From Gnetum montanum (taxonomy: Eukaryota > Plantae > Gnetophyta): 64,000 nt of DNA. Numbering within the stretch: the stretch's first letter is position 1; the number at the start of each line of letters is the position of its first letter. A program made the position numbers and the translations under genes. The DNA is taken from positions 343,834-407,833 of the forward strand of contig MNCI01000996.1 of assembly GCA_015680685.1 (NCBI GenBank), given 5' to 3'. Positions 48,858 through 61,489 of this stretch are shown in pieces. The notes below the pieces were generated by a model that saw nothing but the letters and a program-made list of their open reading frames with translations, had not been told where the DNA came from and did not search any database.

Positions 48858-50217
48858 CCAACGTAGAAAAATATATACCCCCCATAAAACCCATCAAATT
48901 ACCATGTTTGGCATTCCAAAAGGCATTTTTGACCCTCCCAAGCCTAAACATAGATACTAGGTGACTTTTTTCACTAGGGAAAAGAGGCTTTGATCACTTA
49001 TAAGAAATTTTTCATCCCCAAAAGTATGGAATATGTGAGATTTCCCCTCATTGACTATAATCTTTACATTTATAATGAAGTTTTCCCTTGAGTTTCATGG
49101 CATGAAAGCTACATTATGAAAATTGGCTATAACATGTAATTTTTTGTGGTGTTTCACCATACTACATGTAGCCCATGGACAACATCAATGACCTTCATAG
49201 CCAACAACAAATGAGCTTGCATGATATCTTTTGCTCAACAAAAGAACATATTTCTATGGCTTCCCATGACCTTAAACTAGCAACACTAGTGACCTAAGTA
49301 GCCTATTTTCCTTCAACATTCTATATGATCATATGCATTATAACATGACAACATGTTTTCTTTGCTTGGTTTTCCTTTTCCACTTTGAGTTATGCTTATA
49401 GGGTAAAATCTAGAGTCGTCATGAAGGTGCAACTCACTACAACATCAAGTCACCACATGACCTCATTGCACAAGATTCGATGAGCTTGTCCCATCATGGC
49501 AAGAGCACTTGTGTCATATCATTTTCATTACCATTCCATTGAACCCAACCATGTAGCTTGATTATGATCCTCCTCACCTTGGATAGCAATTTTGACTAAT
49601 GTTTGACACTCATGAATTATGATCATATGACATCTTTTCATCATACTCCACTATCAAGTCCATTGAATGAAACACACCTTATTTAATGGGGAAGCCATCA
49701 ATTCCATGGAGTGTAACACATCTCAATCAATGGAAAAACCAAATCAAAACAAAGTTTAGCAAAGAAACCCAATGAAGGTTTCACCCCATAAAAAAAGAGG
49801 GACATAAGATTGCTTAAAAACCTAGAGGGCTGAAGAAAATCAAGAAATAAACCTATGGCTCTCAACATTCAAAATGAGAAGCCCAATGGCCAAAGAAACC
49901 TTGGAGTGAGGCATTGATTCCTCAAACACATTGCTAAGTGACTAATACTTCTAGGATACAAATTTTGAAGACTTTATTGACCATTCAATGTGTCATTGCC
50001 ATCACTTTAACCATGATGTGAACATTTGAAATTCATTGTTAACCCTCATAACTATTTCATTATACCAAATACTACCTATATCCTCTATTACCTTGCCATA
50101 GCTTTATTTCATCATCATCACTACTGAATCAAGTGAGGAGAAGGAACATTGGTAATGCACTTGTAATGGTGTTTTGTATTCTTTGTCAATATCTCTTAAG
50201 GTAATCCTCTAGACATC

Positions 50218-50233
50218 AAAAAAGAGGGGCCAA
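50218..50233 (+). promoter_or_regulatory. Polypurine tract of E1
   Basis: AAAAAAGAGGGGCCAA immediately before the 3' LTR start TGAAAC. Confidence 0.85.
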
Positions 50234-51708
50234 TGAAACATTATCAAAAATTCATGTTGCAAATCCCATTTTTCAACTTGAGATGAAACTTTATTGTAAA
50301 TGTAAGATATGTAGTCTATTAGCTACAATCTTGCATATCATAGCTTTTTAAGGTTAATAAGTGCCTCAAAATTTGCTATTTCCTTACTTTCCAAGTAGAA
50401 AAAGGTAACTCGTATCTATATTTGGGCTTGAGATAGTTGAAAAAATCTTTAGAATGGCTAAAATTGGAATTTCCATGGGTTTTTTTATAGGGGTATAACC
50501 CCAACTACGTTGTAGCCATTAGTTTTGACCGGTGCTAGAGTAGACATGGTGTTAGAATAGATGGGAAGTTCTATTTAGTTCCAAAAGTTGATAATGGCTA
50601 GCATAGTCATCATCAAGACCCAAAAGAAATGCAATGTTGGAATTGTTGGAATTTTCATTTTTCCAATAGTGGCTAATGTAGTCATTCCAATTCATCAATG
50701 ACCAATGTGGATAGCATTCTTCACCAAGCACAAAATTTCCAATGGGCTACACCATTTTCATAATTTCCAACCCTCTCCACATTTTCTCCAATTTTTGGCA
50801 TTCCCAACAACCTCAACTTAGTCCACCAAATCTAGCATAATAAGGATAATGCCAACATAGTTACAAAAGTTAATTTACTATTTATAGTAAATGGATGGAT
50901 TTTGTGGTTGTAGTATATACCAAACTTACTATAAATGATAACTATGCCAAAAGTTAATAACAATTGCACCTACAAATTGACATCAATCTATCAGCAATCA
51001 TGGTAGTGATGTATAGACCCAAAAATAGTCAAATCTATCCTATAAAAATCCAATGTAGACACGTTATTCCATTTTGAACATTCACATAAGCAATAGTACA
51101 TTTAAGCACTTTCACAACCACAAAATCCCATTACAACCTTGTAGCACTTTTGTTAGTAGAAAAAAGTACTATGCTAGGCACTAGAACTCCCATGTAGCTA
51201 TCATTGCACCAAAAGTGAAGTACCATTTCTGTGACCACATTGCAAACCCTGGTGAAAATTAATGAAAAGTTTCTAAAAGATAAAGCTAGGAAGAAACTAG
51301 ATCATGGAGTTGCAATAGAGCACAACTTGCCTTTTCCAAAAGACTTCAAGCTCCTACAAGCAACTTGTTGTGCTCTTGGCATAAACTCTATACTTCATGA
51401 ACCTTATTCTTTATATCTTATTTAAATAAAGTTATTGATTATGTTTTATATGTTTTAGTTTACATTTTCATTTCTGTGGTTACTTTCATTCCAAATCCAC
51501 AACTTTAATTTTGTTTTCACTTCTATTTCTATTTCCAAAGTAATTTTCATTTCCATTTATAGTTCCATAAGTCCCTATGTGATCAGCAAGACTGGCCAAG
51601 GTGCCTTGAATCCCATTTTTGGAGGCCCTTGAAACTCAAGGTCGAAATTGTCCCAGCACTTAGATTTTTGAGTTTTTGTTCTAGTAAACAAAATTTCTAG
51701 CACCAACA
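50234..51708 (+). repeat. 3' LTR of E1 (1475 bp)
   Basis: TG...CACCAACA, followed by TSD ATACT. Confidence 0.92.
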
Positions 51709-51713
51709 ATACT

Positions 51714-53844
51714 TCTATTGTTTCATGGATGGCTCATGTCATACTTTCATGTAGCTCTCCTTCTTTGCCTTGTATAGTGACTTGCAAGCCTTTTCTGACT
51801 TACCCCATTCAAGTACCCAAATGTAGTAATCTCTTCAATCCCTAGCCTTACAAACCAATGACTCCATCTGTATGTCCTTCTTCACGTTGCTCCTAGCTAG
51901 AGTAACCTTACTTTAGATGGCATTCCAATATCATGACCACTCAATCTCCTTTTTGCACAAGGAATATTTGTTAGTCAAATGAGGCTCTATGAATTTCTTA
52001 CAATTCCTGAGGCTCTTATTCTCAACTATTAGCTACTTGTTCTCCTTTTCCAAGGTCACAATCCTCATTCTAGTGTTGTAACTCCCAAGATATCTTTGCA
52101 CATGATATAACATACTTGGTGGCTCCTTTGTATAATCTTCATGGGACAATCTCCACATCGGGTGGCAACATCAAAAGCTCATCAAATTTGATGTCTCATG
52201 TAACATCTCATCTGACTTTGGACACTGCAATAACCAAAAACAAAATAAAATCCAAAACAACCAAAAATATTCAAAAACTACTAAAACCATATATCCATAA
52301 AACATGAAAACATATAAAAATACAAAATAAAACTGTTCTAACTTTTCTTACCAACATCAAAGGCTATCTATTGTAATCTATCAACCATGTCATCTATCAT
52401 CCCCTACATGAATTTTATCTTCTCTAGAACCTCACCCCAAGGATTGAAATAAAAGGTGGATGTGGATGCTTTTGGAGGCTCATGCATTGCAATGACCATA
52501 ACAATCAATACACATTACAACAAAAACATATAAAATTTTTAAAAGAATACAAACAACATCAAAATTTACGAGGAAGATCATGAGATGATTCCATCGAAGG
52601 ATTTCCTTCTAGGAACAAATCACCAAGAATGGAATCCAAAATATTTAATGCTTCCTAGAATGCTCTTCCCTCTTCTTCCTTGCATTGTTTCTCCTCCTCT
52701 ACAGTAGCTTTGGTAGCTAACCACTAGTTCCTTCCTACAACCACTCAAGCCAACAAAAATAGAACAAGTTAATAAACATTTGAAATAATAAAAACATAGC
52801 CAAAAATATAACCTAAGAATACAAAAATAAAAAATAATAAAAATATAAAAGATAAAAATATTAAAAATTTATGTATATACCTTTGATAACCTAATTTACC
52901 TTTCTAAACTTAATAGCTAGATTCCTATGTACTCATTGGTCAACAATATGAATATTTTCTTCAACTTATGGCCTCTTCATATTTTTCCTAACGGTACCAT
53001 TAGCTTCTATGTATATCCTTTTGGTCATTTTTTATTACCATCTATAGCATGAGGCTCTGACCCTATGTTTTCATGGGAACAAGAATGGACATTACTAACA
53101 TTCTTAGAGGGTGAATGATAGTGATTCATCCACCTCCTTCACTAGTGACTCTTGGACACACATCACCTAAATGATGTGTTTAGTCCAAGGCTTAGAAATT
53201 TGAGAGGCATCATGTGCTACCTACTTTCCATCTTTCTTAATCACCAAAACTTAGTAAAACATTTGAGACATGCACTAAAGAATGTAAAATACCCATGGTA
53301 TATCGAGTTAAGATTATTATAGAGTTTTCAAACTTCATCCTATAGCCTATTGACCAAGAAGGTAGCCCAATCAAACCTAACGCCATTAGTTAAAACCTTT
53401 TTCATTATCTAAGCCTATTGAACCCCTATGATTTTCGTATGTGATAGTAGCATGGGAAAGGATTTAGAACTTAAAGGAGTCTCATTTAATTCCTCAACTT
53501 CATACTTGCTAAAAGAAAATGTAGCACCAAAAGGAGAGTTAAGCTAAGCCTTCATTTCCTATCTATGGTGTACACCCTTCCTTGCTCTAACAGAAACCTT
53601 GACACCACTAGAAGGAATTCCAAGGATATCACTAAATATAGACTCATTAACATTCAAAATCATAGGAAAACCATGAACATGAGTGATGAATTTGGTAATA
53701 CCATCATCAAAATAATCAATCATGTTCAAGATCTCATCTAGTAATACCCATGAACTAGGTAGCATGAATAAGTCAAGAAAACCTATGAAACACCTCAAAG
53801 AATACTCATATTATGCATAAGAAGTCTTAAAGATTAATTTACAT
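51714..53844 (-). pseudogene. Middle exons of the antisense accessory gene in H
   Basis: IDYFDDGITKFITHVHGFPMILNVNESIFSDILGIPSSG, FDWATFLVNRL; donors near 52880 (GTATAT) and 52351 (GTAAGA); acceptor TTGCAG near 52226. Confidence 0.7.
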
Positions 53845-55464
53845 TGTAATTTGATGGGAATTTAAAGGAAAAAATAATTTTCTTACTTTCCCATCAAAAA
53901 TCCTACCTTGTGGCCTTATTTTGATAATGTTTTGAGTATTTTTCAATGTGTGGAGTGAAATCTATAGTCCACAAGTTGTGAATTTCATTTATGCTAGCTT
54001 ATGGAGGCTTAAAATGTTCATACACTAAAATTTGGCAACAACAGCTAAAAATGTTGGTAGTCCACATGTTGGAATTTGGAACATGAAAATAGCCCAAGTA
54101 TATCACTGAATTTGGTAGAAAAGGATCCACACATTGGTGGCCACATGTTGTAGCTTTGGGATGGTAAAAAGTACCATACATGTTAGTATTTTAAGCCCAA
54201 AAAGTTGAAAATGTTAGTATGTCATGCACTACAGATTTTGGTCATTAGAAGCATCAAAAATGCTATAGGAAATATCATAAATTTGGTAGAATTAAACTAG
54301 CAAAAAATCAAAAAATGTATGACCTATTTAAATCAAAATTTGCATCATTTTCAAGACTTTTAGATCATTTTGCTATTAGCCAAACTTGTGACTTTTAGAT
54401 CAAAGAAAAATCCAAGAGTTCATATCCATTTTCCACTAAGGCAAATTATCAAGAGCAAATAGAACTTGTGGTAGATGAAGGTCAAGAGTAGATCATTGAA
54501 GATAGATAGGATTAGATCATATTACAAAACATACCTTGCTGTCTATATTAGACTTCAAGGATATTTTAAATTCTCTAGCTTTCATAGTCCAAGATTTGTA
54601 CTCTTTTAACCACTATTTTGCACAAAATTTTTATAACATTTAATACAAAGTTTCATTTTCTTTGTTTTACCATTTGATTTTGTTCATCTCTTTGTTCTCA
54701 AGTTTAAGACTTGAATCACTATTGCATATTTTTTTCACCTTATTTCAAAACTGGTAATAGACATTTACATCCTCAAGTGATTGCCAAGACCATTTGAGGT
54801 GTTCTAGATCCTTTTTGAGGCCCATTTATCCTAGATTTAAATTGTTATGCATGAGAATTTTTGGTTTTTCCATAGCCAAATTTTTCTATTATTGCAATTT
54901 CTAGAGATAGAAGGAGGACCTCCACTTGAATTCTTCATCAAGACCTATTTGCAAATCCTTTTCCTATTTTTGCTTTTACCCATCAATATGGTTAACACAT
55001 TAAATTTTTTTTTTTTTTTTTTTTGGTTTTTCCAAAATCCTAACATATGATACCACAACAAGTTTTTGGCCTAAAACAAAAATTTTCCATCACCATTTTC
55101 ATAGTGTAGTTTGCAACACTACCCCTCTTCTTTACAATTTGCAATTTCAACAAATTTAATTTTTATTATGGCAAGACATAATTCTACTTTAACTTCCTAT
55201 GCTTAGTAGTTTTAAAAATTATTTTTTGGTACATTTGCAATGCTCAACATTGCTCTAGTTTCCTATGTTTTCAACTCAAAAATTTTAATTTTTTGTAGTC
55301 ACAATGCATGTTGGTTTTTCCATTTCTTGCAACTACAATTCATAAATTTTCTATGTTTTATTACAATGTTATAGACTCTTTGTTTTTACCCATCATTAAT
55401 TACACACTAGAAAAAAATTTGGAAATCTATTTACTTTTTCATTGCAATTGCACTGTACATGTTA

Positions 55465-55680
55465 GAGTTTTATATGTTAGAGTTTCACAAGTTGGAACTT
55501 ATACACATTATAAGTCTCACATGCTATAGTTTTGTAAGTTATAGTCTTACAGGTTGAAGCTCTCAGACATTAGAGCTTCCAAAAATCATACTTTCACAAG
55601 TTGGAAGTCTCATATGTTAAAATTTTCACAAGTTGTAACTCTCAAACATTATAGTTCATAAGTTGGAGGTTTCATACATT
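55465..55680 (+). repeat. Degenerate tandem repeat (TTAGAGTTTCACAAGTTGGAA-like) in E4 5' UTR
   Basis: About 6 visible units. Confidence 0.65.
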
Positions 55681-57230
55681 GGCCTTACACTATTTATTTC
55701 TTTTCACTGCTCCATCATTTTCCCACATAACATAGTACATATGGCCTCTAACTAGAAAGCTATTTGCATATCCAATCCTAAGGATTTGACCATAGTAGAA
55801 TGAAGGCAATCCCTTAGGAGACTATGAATAGATCCATCTTACACAAATACCAATGAAGAATAGTATAATTTTATTTATGATAAGATCCACACTAGCCTCC
55901 CCATTCCATGCACAAAATCAAAGTGCAAATGTCAACTTGACATTATCCACCAAAACAAGGAGTATATTCCCTCATCCTATGACAAAATTGAACTAACAAA
56001 CTTCCATATGCATGTGTTAGCATAACTAGTAGACAACAATGAGATAAGTGAGGAAATTAGCTTTGACTAAAACCAAGAGAACCAAGATGAGTTTGAAGTA
56101 GAGTATGAACTAGATACATTCATATGGAATATTTTGCAATAAACAATTCTAGAGGTGACCATCCCCAAGTTTACACCTCTCATATCCCCTATGAATTAGG
56201 TTGCTCAATGTACCCCTTTATTTCCTATCATGTTTTCCCCAACACCTGTGATCAAAATGCACCAATCTCTATCAAATTCTAATCTTTCATCCCTATTTTC
56301 ATTAATACCTTTTGCAACCTAACCTTGTTCTATGCAACCATCACTAGTGGTATCTTTCACATCATTCCCTTTTATCATCTCAGTGGATCCCTCTTTAAGA
56401 CCCCAAGTTTTGTAAGCCTTCCATAGTTTTTTTTCTTCATTCCCCATGTCCCAACTTAAACCTCATTCTCCCTATTTAAATTCATTTATAGTCACCAATA
56501 TAAACACCACAACCCACAAGAATGTCCCAAGGTTTGGATCAAGCCTTCTAAATGATCCAAGATATCACCAAAAAGCTATAGAAGCTTAAGGCCAAAACCT
56601 CTTTATTGACTTCTACCAAGATGATCCCATTAGTTCCATCATCCCATAGATAACTCTTCCTAATAACATCATGATTTCCTACTTCACTAAATACAATATC
56701 AAGAATTATCCTAGCTCACATCTCATTACATTCCATTTCGAGTACTTATTGTTACAAGCCTAGCCACATATGGTAATGCACATCTTCCCTATGTCCCTAA
56801 CTAGAAAAGCCTGAGATTGCTATCATGCACTACTTAGAGGCTCTATTTACTATCTAGATGACTTTGTTTCAAAATTCATTAACCATTTTAAGTATAACTT
56901 AAAACCCAATACAACATTAGACCAGCTTATGAAAGTTAAATAGGGATCCCTTGAACCGATTCATAAATTCATATAGAGATGGAAATCCTAAACAAAATCC
57001 CTAAGCCCATCTCTAAAACACATAATTTTTCCATTTTCAATAGGATAATTAATGATTTCATCAAGTCCAAACTATATTATCTAGATCCACAATCACTTAG
57101 CTAAACCTTCTCCCAAACCAAGAACATAGAAGATGTTGGAAAAGCCAGTAATGACCTAGCTTACGTAGCATAAAAGAACCAACATACAAGAAAGGATAAG
57201 GATAAATGGAAATAAAACCATGTAGTCATG

Positions 57231-58795
57231 TTATGAGTGGCGAGGTACCCCTACACTCAACCATACAAATACGAGCATTACACGTGCGATCTGGTCGAAC
57301 TCCAAGGACTAAGTGCTTACACGCCTTATGGAACACTTATGGTCAATCAATTGTTGTCTTCCCAGACTTACTTGTATTGTCATGGTTGTATGGTTAAGTA
57401 AGTCTGAGGTATATGATTTTTATGTCTTTTATCTTTTTAACACCTATACTAAGAGAGGAAAGGGTGAAGAGACTAAATGACTAACTTTAATTAACTAAGT
57501 TCTAATTATCCTAGCATCAGTGATGAGTGGGGAGGAACCCCTACACTCAACCACACGAATACGAGTGTTACACGTGCGATTCGGTTGAACTCCATAGACT
57601 AAGTACCTACATGCCTTATCGAACACCTAAGGTTAATCATTCGTTGTCTTCCCAGACTTACTTGTATTTTTCACTGTTGTATGGTTAAGTAAGTCTACGG
57701 TATGTGATTTTTATATCTTTTATGTTTTTATCGCCTATGCTAATGAGGGAAAGGGTGAAGGGACTAAGTAACTAACTTTAACTAACTAAGCCTTAATTAC
57801 CTTAGCATTAGTATCCACTCTCACTTTTTTTTTCACACCCTGAACCAATGCAATGTAGCTGGGATTACCAAACGCTATTCGTTACTAGGATTACCAAGCG
57901 TAACGCACGTGCTTGAAGTGGTCGTACTGAATGCACTTAACTAGGAGTTGAGGGTTGAGAGAGATTTAATTAACTAATAAAGCATTTAAAAAATTAACAA
58001 TAATTAAAGTCCTATTTAGCTTAGTCCATGCACTGCAAGGTTTATCCAAAAGTTCATCTTTATTTTCGTAGAAAAACGCGTGCTCAGGTACAATATTTGC
58101 TCGAATAAAGATCCATTCACTTTGAGACTCCTACTACGGGCACATGGAAATTATTCTATCTCTAGAAGGGTAAAACTACTAGAGTTTCTCTAAGGGGCTA
58201 GATCTAGATGGAGAAACAAGGGAGAGCCACCTCTTATTTATAGAACTGGCGATGGACTCCAATATCGCGTATGCAATATCGTAGGAAGGGACGCGATATT
58301 GCGGCCCATGCAATATCATGTCCCATCAATCAATATCTATCCCCACTTTCTGTACACACCCTGAACCAGTGCAACACTACTGGGATTACCAAACACTATT
58401 CTTTACTGGGTTACCAAGCGTAGCACACATGCTTGAAGCGGTCATATTGAATGCACTTAACTATGAGAGTTGAGAGTTGAGAGAGATTAATTATCTAAGA
58501 AAGCATTTAAACATTTAACATTAATTAAATCCTATTTAGCTTAGTCCATGCACTACAAGGTTTATCAAAAAAAATTTCTTTATTTTCATACACAAATGTG
58601 TGCTCATGTACAATTTTCTCGAATAAAGATCCATTCACTTTGAGACTCCTACTACGGGCACATGGAAATTATTCTATCTCTTGAATGGTAAAACTGCCAG
58701 AGTTTAGCTAAGGGTCTAGATCTAGATGATCTTACAAGGGAAAGCCGCCTCTTATTTATAGACAAGGAAATGGGCTGCGATATCATGTCCCATCA
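57231..58795 (-). mobile_element. Solo LTR (Athila-like family, related subfamily) hosting a second solo LTR
   Basis: TTATGAGTGGCGAGG...TCCCATCA; imperfect flanks TCATG/CAATG; gag resumes at ~58800 as in the paralogue at 5100-5140. Confidence 0.85.
57521..58328 (-). mobile_element. Nested solo LTR (808 bp) inside a solo LTR of the same subfamily
   Basis: TGATGAGTGG...TCCCATCA; TSD ATCAG/ATCAA; host LTR sequence resumes at 58334. Confidence 0.9.
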
Positions 58796-61489
58796 CAATG
58801 TTCATAGTATTCAAAGAAACAAAAACAACATAGGGGCCAAATACAACACAACCAAAAACCCCTACCACCACTACTCAACCATCAACATCTAGCTCTTTGA
58901 CCTCCAAACCACCTAGGTCAAACTTTGAAAGAAAAGACCAATCTAAATACATGAAGCTACCTATGAAACTATTAGAGCTTCTTAATTAGTTTCTTTGAAA
59001 CAAATATCCAACATAAGTAATGAGAGAGAACACTCATAAAAGACATAATTGTCTATGCAAGATTGCTAGGAATCCTTCCATAGCTACAAAAGATGATCCA
59101 CCTATACCTAAATAATTTAAAATAGACCTATTTTGCCACTACCATAAGCTACTCAACCATGATACTAATTTTTTTCTTGACCCTAAAAGGTTATTTTTGG
59201 AAGATGATAGATAGTGAAGAGCTAGTCCTAGATGCATCCAACCTAATTAGGCCCCAAAACTAGAACATCCAAGTGTACAAGGATCCACTAAACTCTGACA
59301 ACAACCAATATACCATAGCTACATTTAATTTTAACAATAATCCTAAACCTACCATGGACCCATGTGTGGTTTGGGTACCTCCTCATAATGAATGAGCTTC
59401 AATTTCTACAAGTTTAAAAACTCCTTTTATTATAAGGATATCACCACTAGTGCCTCCCAAGAAACCATTTGTCATTAGATTATCCCCTTCCACCATCAAA
59501 AAACCTATGATCCAAGCTAACTAATGTCCTCTTGTGGTAGCTAATGCATCAACCTCTTTGCAACTAGATAATAAGAAATCATCTCCAAAGTAATGCAAAA
59601 AGATAGCTTTTTAGCCTAAGGCTAAGGAGAATAAACAACTAAATATGTGAAAGGAGATAGGTCTACCAAAGCCTACTCCAATTTCAGTAGTACCCATGGA
59701 TTCAAACATTCGAACTACGTTAATGAACCAACCAAAAAAATGAAAAGAGTCCTAAATAACAAACATTAAAACATGAGGTTTAAATTTTTGGTAGAATGAA
59801 GGAAGTTAAGGCCAATAAAAATGAGAAACCATCCAACAATGATAAAGACTTCCTCACTACCATGGAGTAGGTCAAGCTATCACTTAAATAGAAAATACTT
59901 CATTGAGCCTATACGACTTGTTCATGACCTTCCCTACCCACCACAAAGTGCAAGTTAAGATGATAAATTCTATTCCTATGAGTAAAGTTATCCCTACCAA
60001 TGAGATATCCATCCACATAGTGATGGTGTCACCTTCACCTAGGGAAGAGAAAAAGTCAACTACCTTAATGTTTTGTAATAGTGAGGTAAAATCCAACTCA
60101 TAAAGTGATGAGGTATCAAACATCCCTCTCTTCATAATGATAAGAATTTATCAATACATGGTACACCAAGTGCATGTTGATGATAAGGTAGCAACAAACA
60201 TTATACCTATAGCCATTATGGAGCATTTAGGCTTGGTAGAGCACATTCAGGGTACCTCCACCTCTACCCTTAAGTCCTTTAATGTGTCATGGGTAGCTAT
60301 GCAAGGATCCATATTACTATACTTTATTACGAGAAAATAATTACCCACATCTATTAATTTCTTAGTAGTGGAAGAGATGACAGGCTTCAACCTAATCTTA
60401 TAGAGATCCTGGTTAGCTAAATTATGGGCAGTCTCTTTCCTAATTCACTAAGAGATTCACCTACCTCATGGTGGAGGTGAAATTATCATCCACAGAGATG
60501 GTGCAATCTCCTTCTTCATCAAAAATGTTAACATAAAGCAAGAATTTCAGGTGGAGTTTCAAGATGAAACTTCAATCACAAAAAAAAAGTTAAGAATCAT
60601 AATGACGTTGACCAAGCCAAGACTACCAATGTTAGGACCATTAATGAATCATGGGAAGAGTTTCCATTCAGCATTATGAGTGAAGGGGATGGGGAGTATA
60701 AGATCATACAACAATGAACTTATACATTTTCTAATCTCTTTAAGATTAAGAAATAGTTCCATAATTAAGTACATCTCTCACTTTCTTAACCTTGTATAAT
60801 ATTATGTAGTCTTTTAATTTGTAGCCTTGTTTTAAATTTTTATTTACATATGTGCATTTTAATTTACAAGTTTTTATCTTATTAAATCATATTTACCATT
60901 TTACAATGTAGCCTTGACTTACATTTTTGCATCAAATTATGATTTATTCCTTTTTTTTCTTACATCTACATAAAACTACAAAATCACATAAAAAACAAAC
61001 CAAAGACAAAACTAAAACATGATCTTCCAGTGCCTAAAACTCATAAATTTTTGGCCTTCCTTTTATCTTCCTGATGTGTATGTTATGACCTATTTTCCTC
61101 ATCATATTATTTACAAATTTCTCTTTAAAAGTTATGCCTCTCTTACATTTTCACATTTTTCATTCTATTGCTTAAATTGTATCTCGTAGCCTTATCATTT
61201 TAACTCATAACCTTGTACATGAAAAATATAAAATAAACTAAACACTATAAAACATAAAAGACTAAAAATTTAAAAACCAAACAATATCCATGATTACACA
61301 TTGTGATAAGTAATATAAAAAATATATAATGTCCATGCCCAATAGCCATAGTTACACTGTGCAACAAGTGACAATAGAAAATAACAATACATAGTCTCTA
61401 AGGCTATGATAGCCAAACAATACCAATAAGAACTATAACATCCTAGGAAAAACAAAAAAGTGTAACACATCCAAAAATAGTTAAAAATC

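Larger units (their letters stand above)
30208..49156 (-). mobile_element. E2: pol-less Tat-type deletion derivative inserted in the last codons of E1 integrase
   Basis: TSD TCATA/CCATA (30203-30207 / 49157-49161); LTR start TGAAACACCAC at 49156; LTR homology between 30208-31504 and 40674-41363 plus 48863-48975; PBS, gag-pro and accessory gene present, no RT/INT. Confidence 0.88.
40674..49156 (-). repeat. 5' LTR of E2 (~984 bp net), split by the Athila-like element
   Basis: The flanks of the Athila-like insertion join to match the uninterrupted 3' LTR at 31321-31504. Confidence 0.85.
8417..51708 (+). mobile_element. E1: full-length giant Tat/Ogre-type Ty3/gypsy retrotransposon (~21 kb without nested E2 and E3), decayed
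   Basis: Homologous LTRs 8417-9609 and 50234-51708; perfect TSD ATACT (8412-8416 / 51709-51713); PBS, gag, PR, RT, RH, aRH, INT and PPT all present in order on the plus strand. Confidence 0.92.
55792..60768 (+). pseudogene. gag: E4 gag-protease (interrupted by solo LTRs at 57231-58795)
   Basis: FTKYNIK..HL, FINHFKYNLKP, HQVHVDDKVATNIIP, EGDGEYK; colinear with H and E1. Confidence 0.8.

Noticed and set aside
49172-50217. Possible extra ORF or chromodomain after E1 integrase
   Set aside because: INT stops at 49171 and no ORF or recognisable motif is evident in the 3' UTR.
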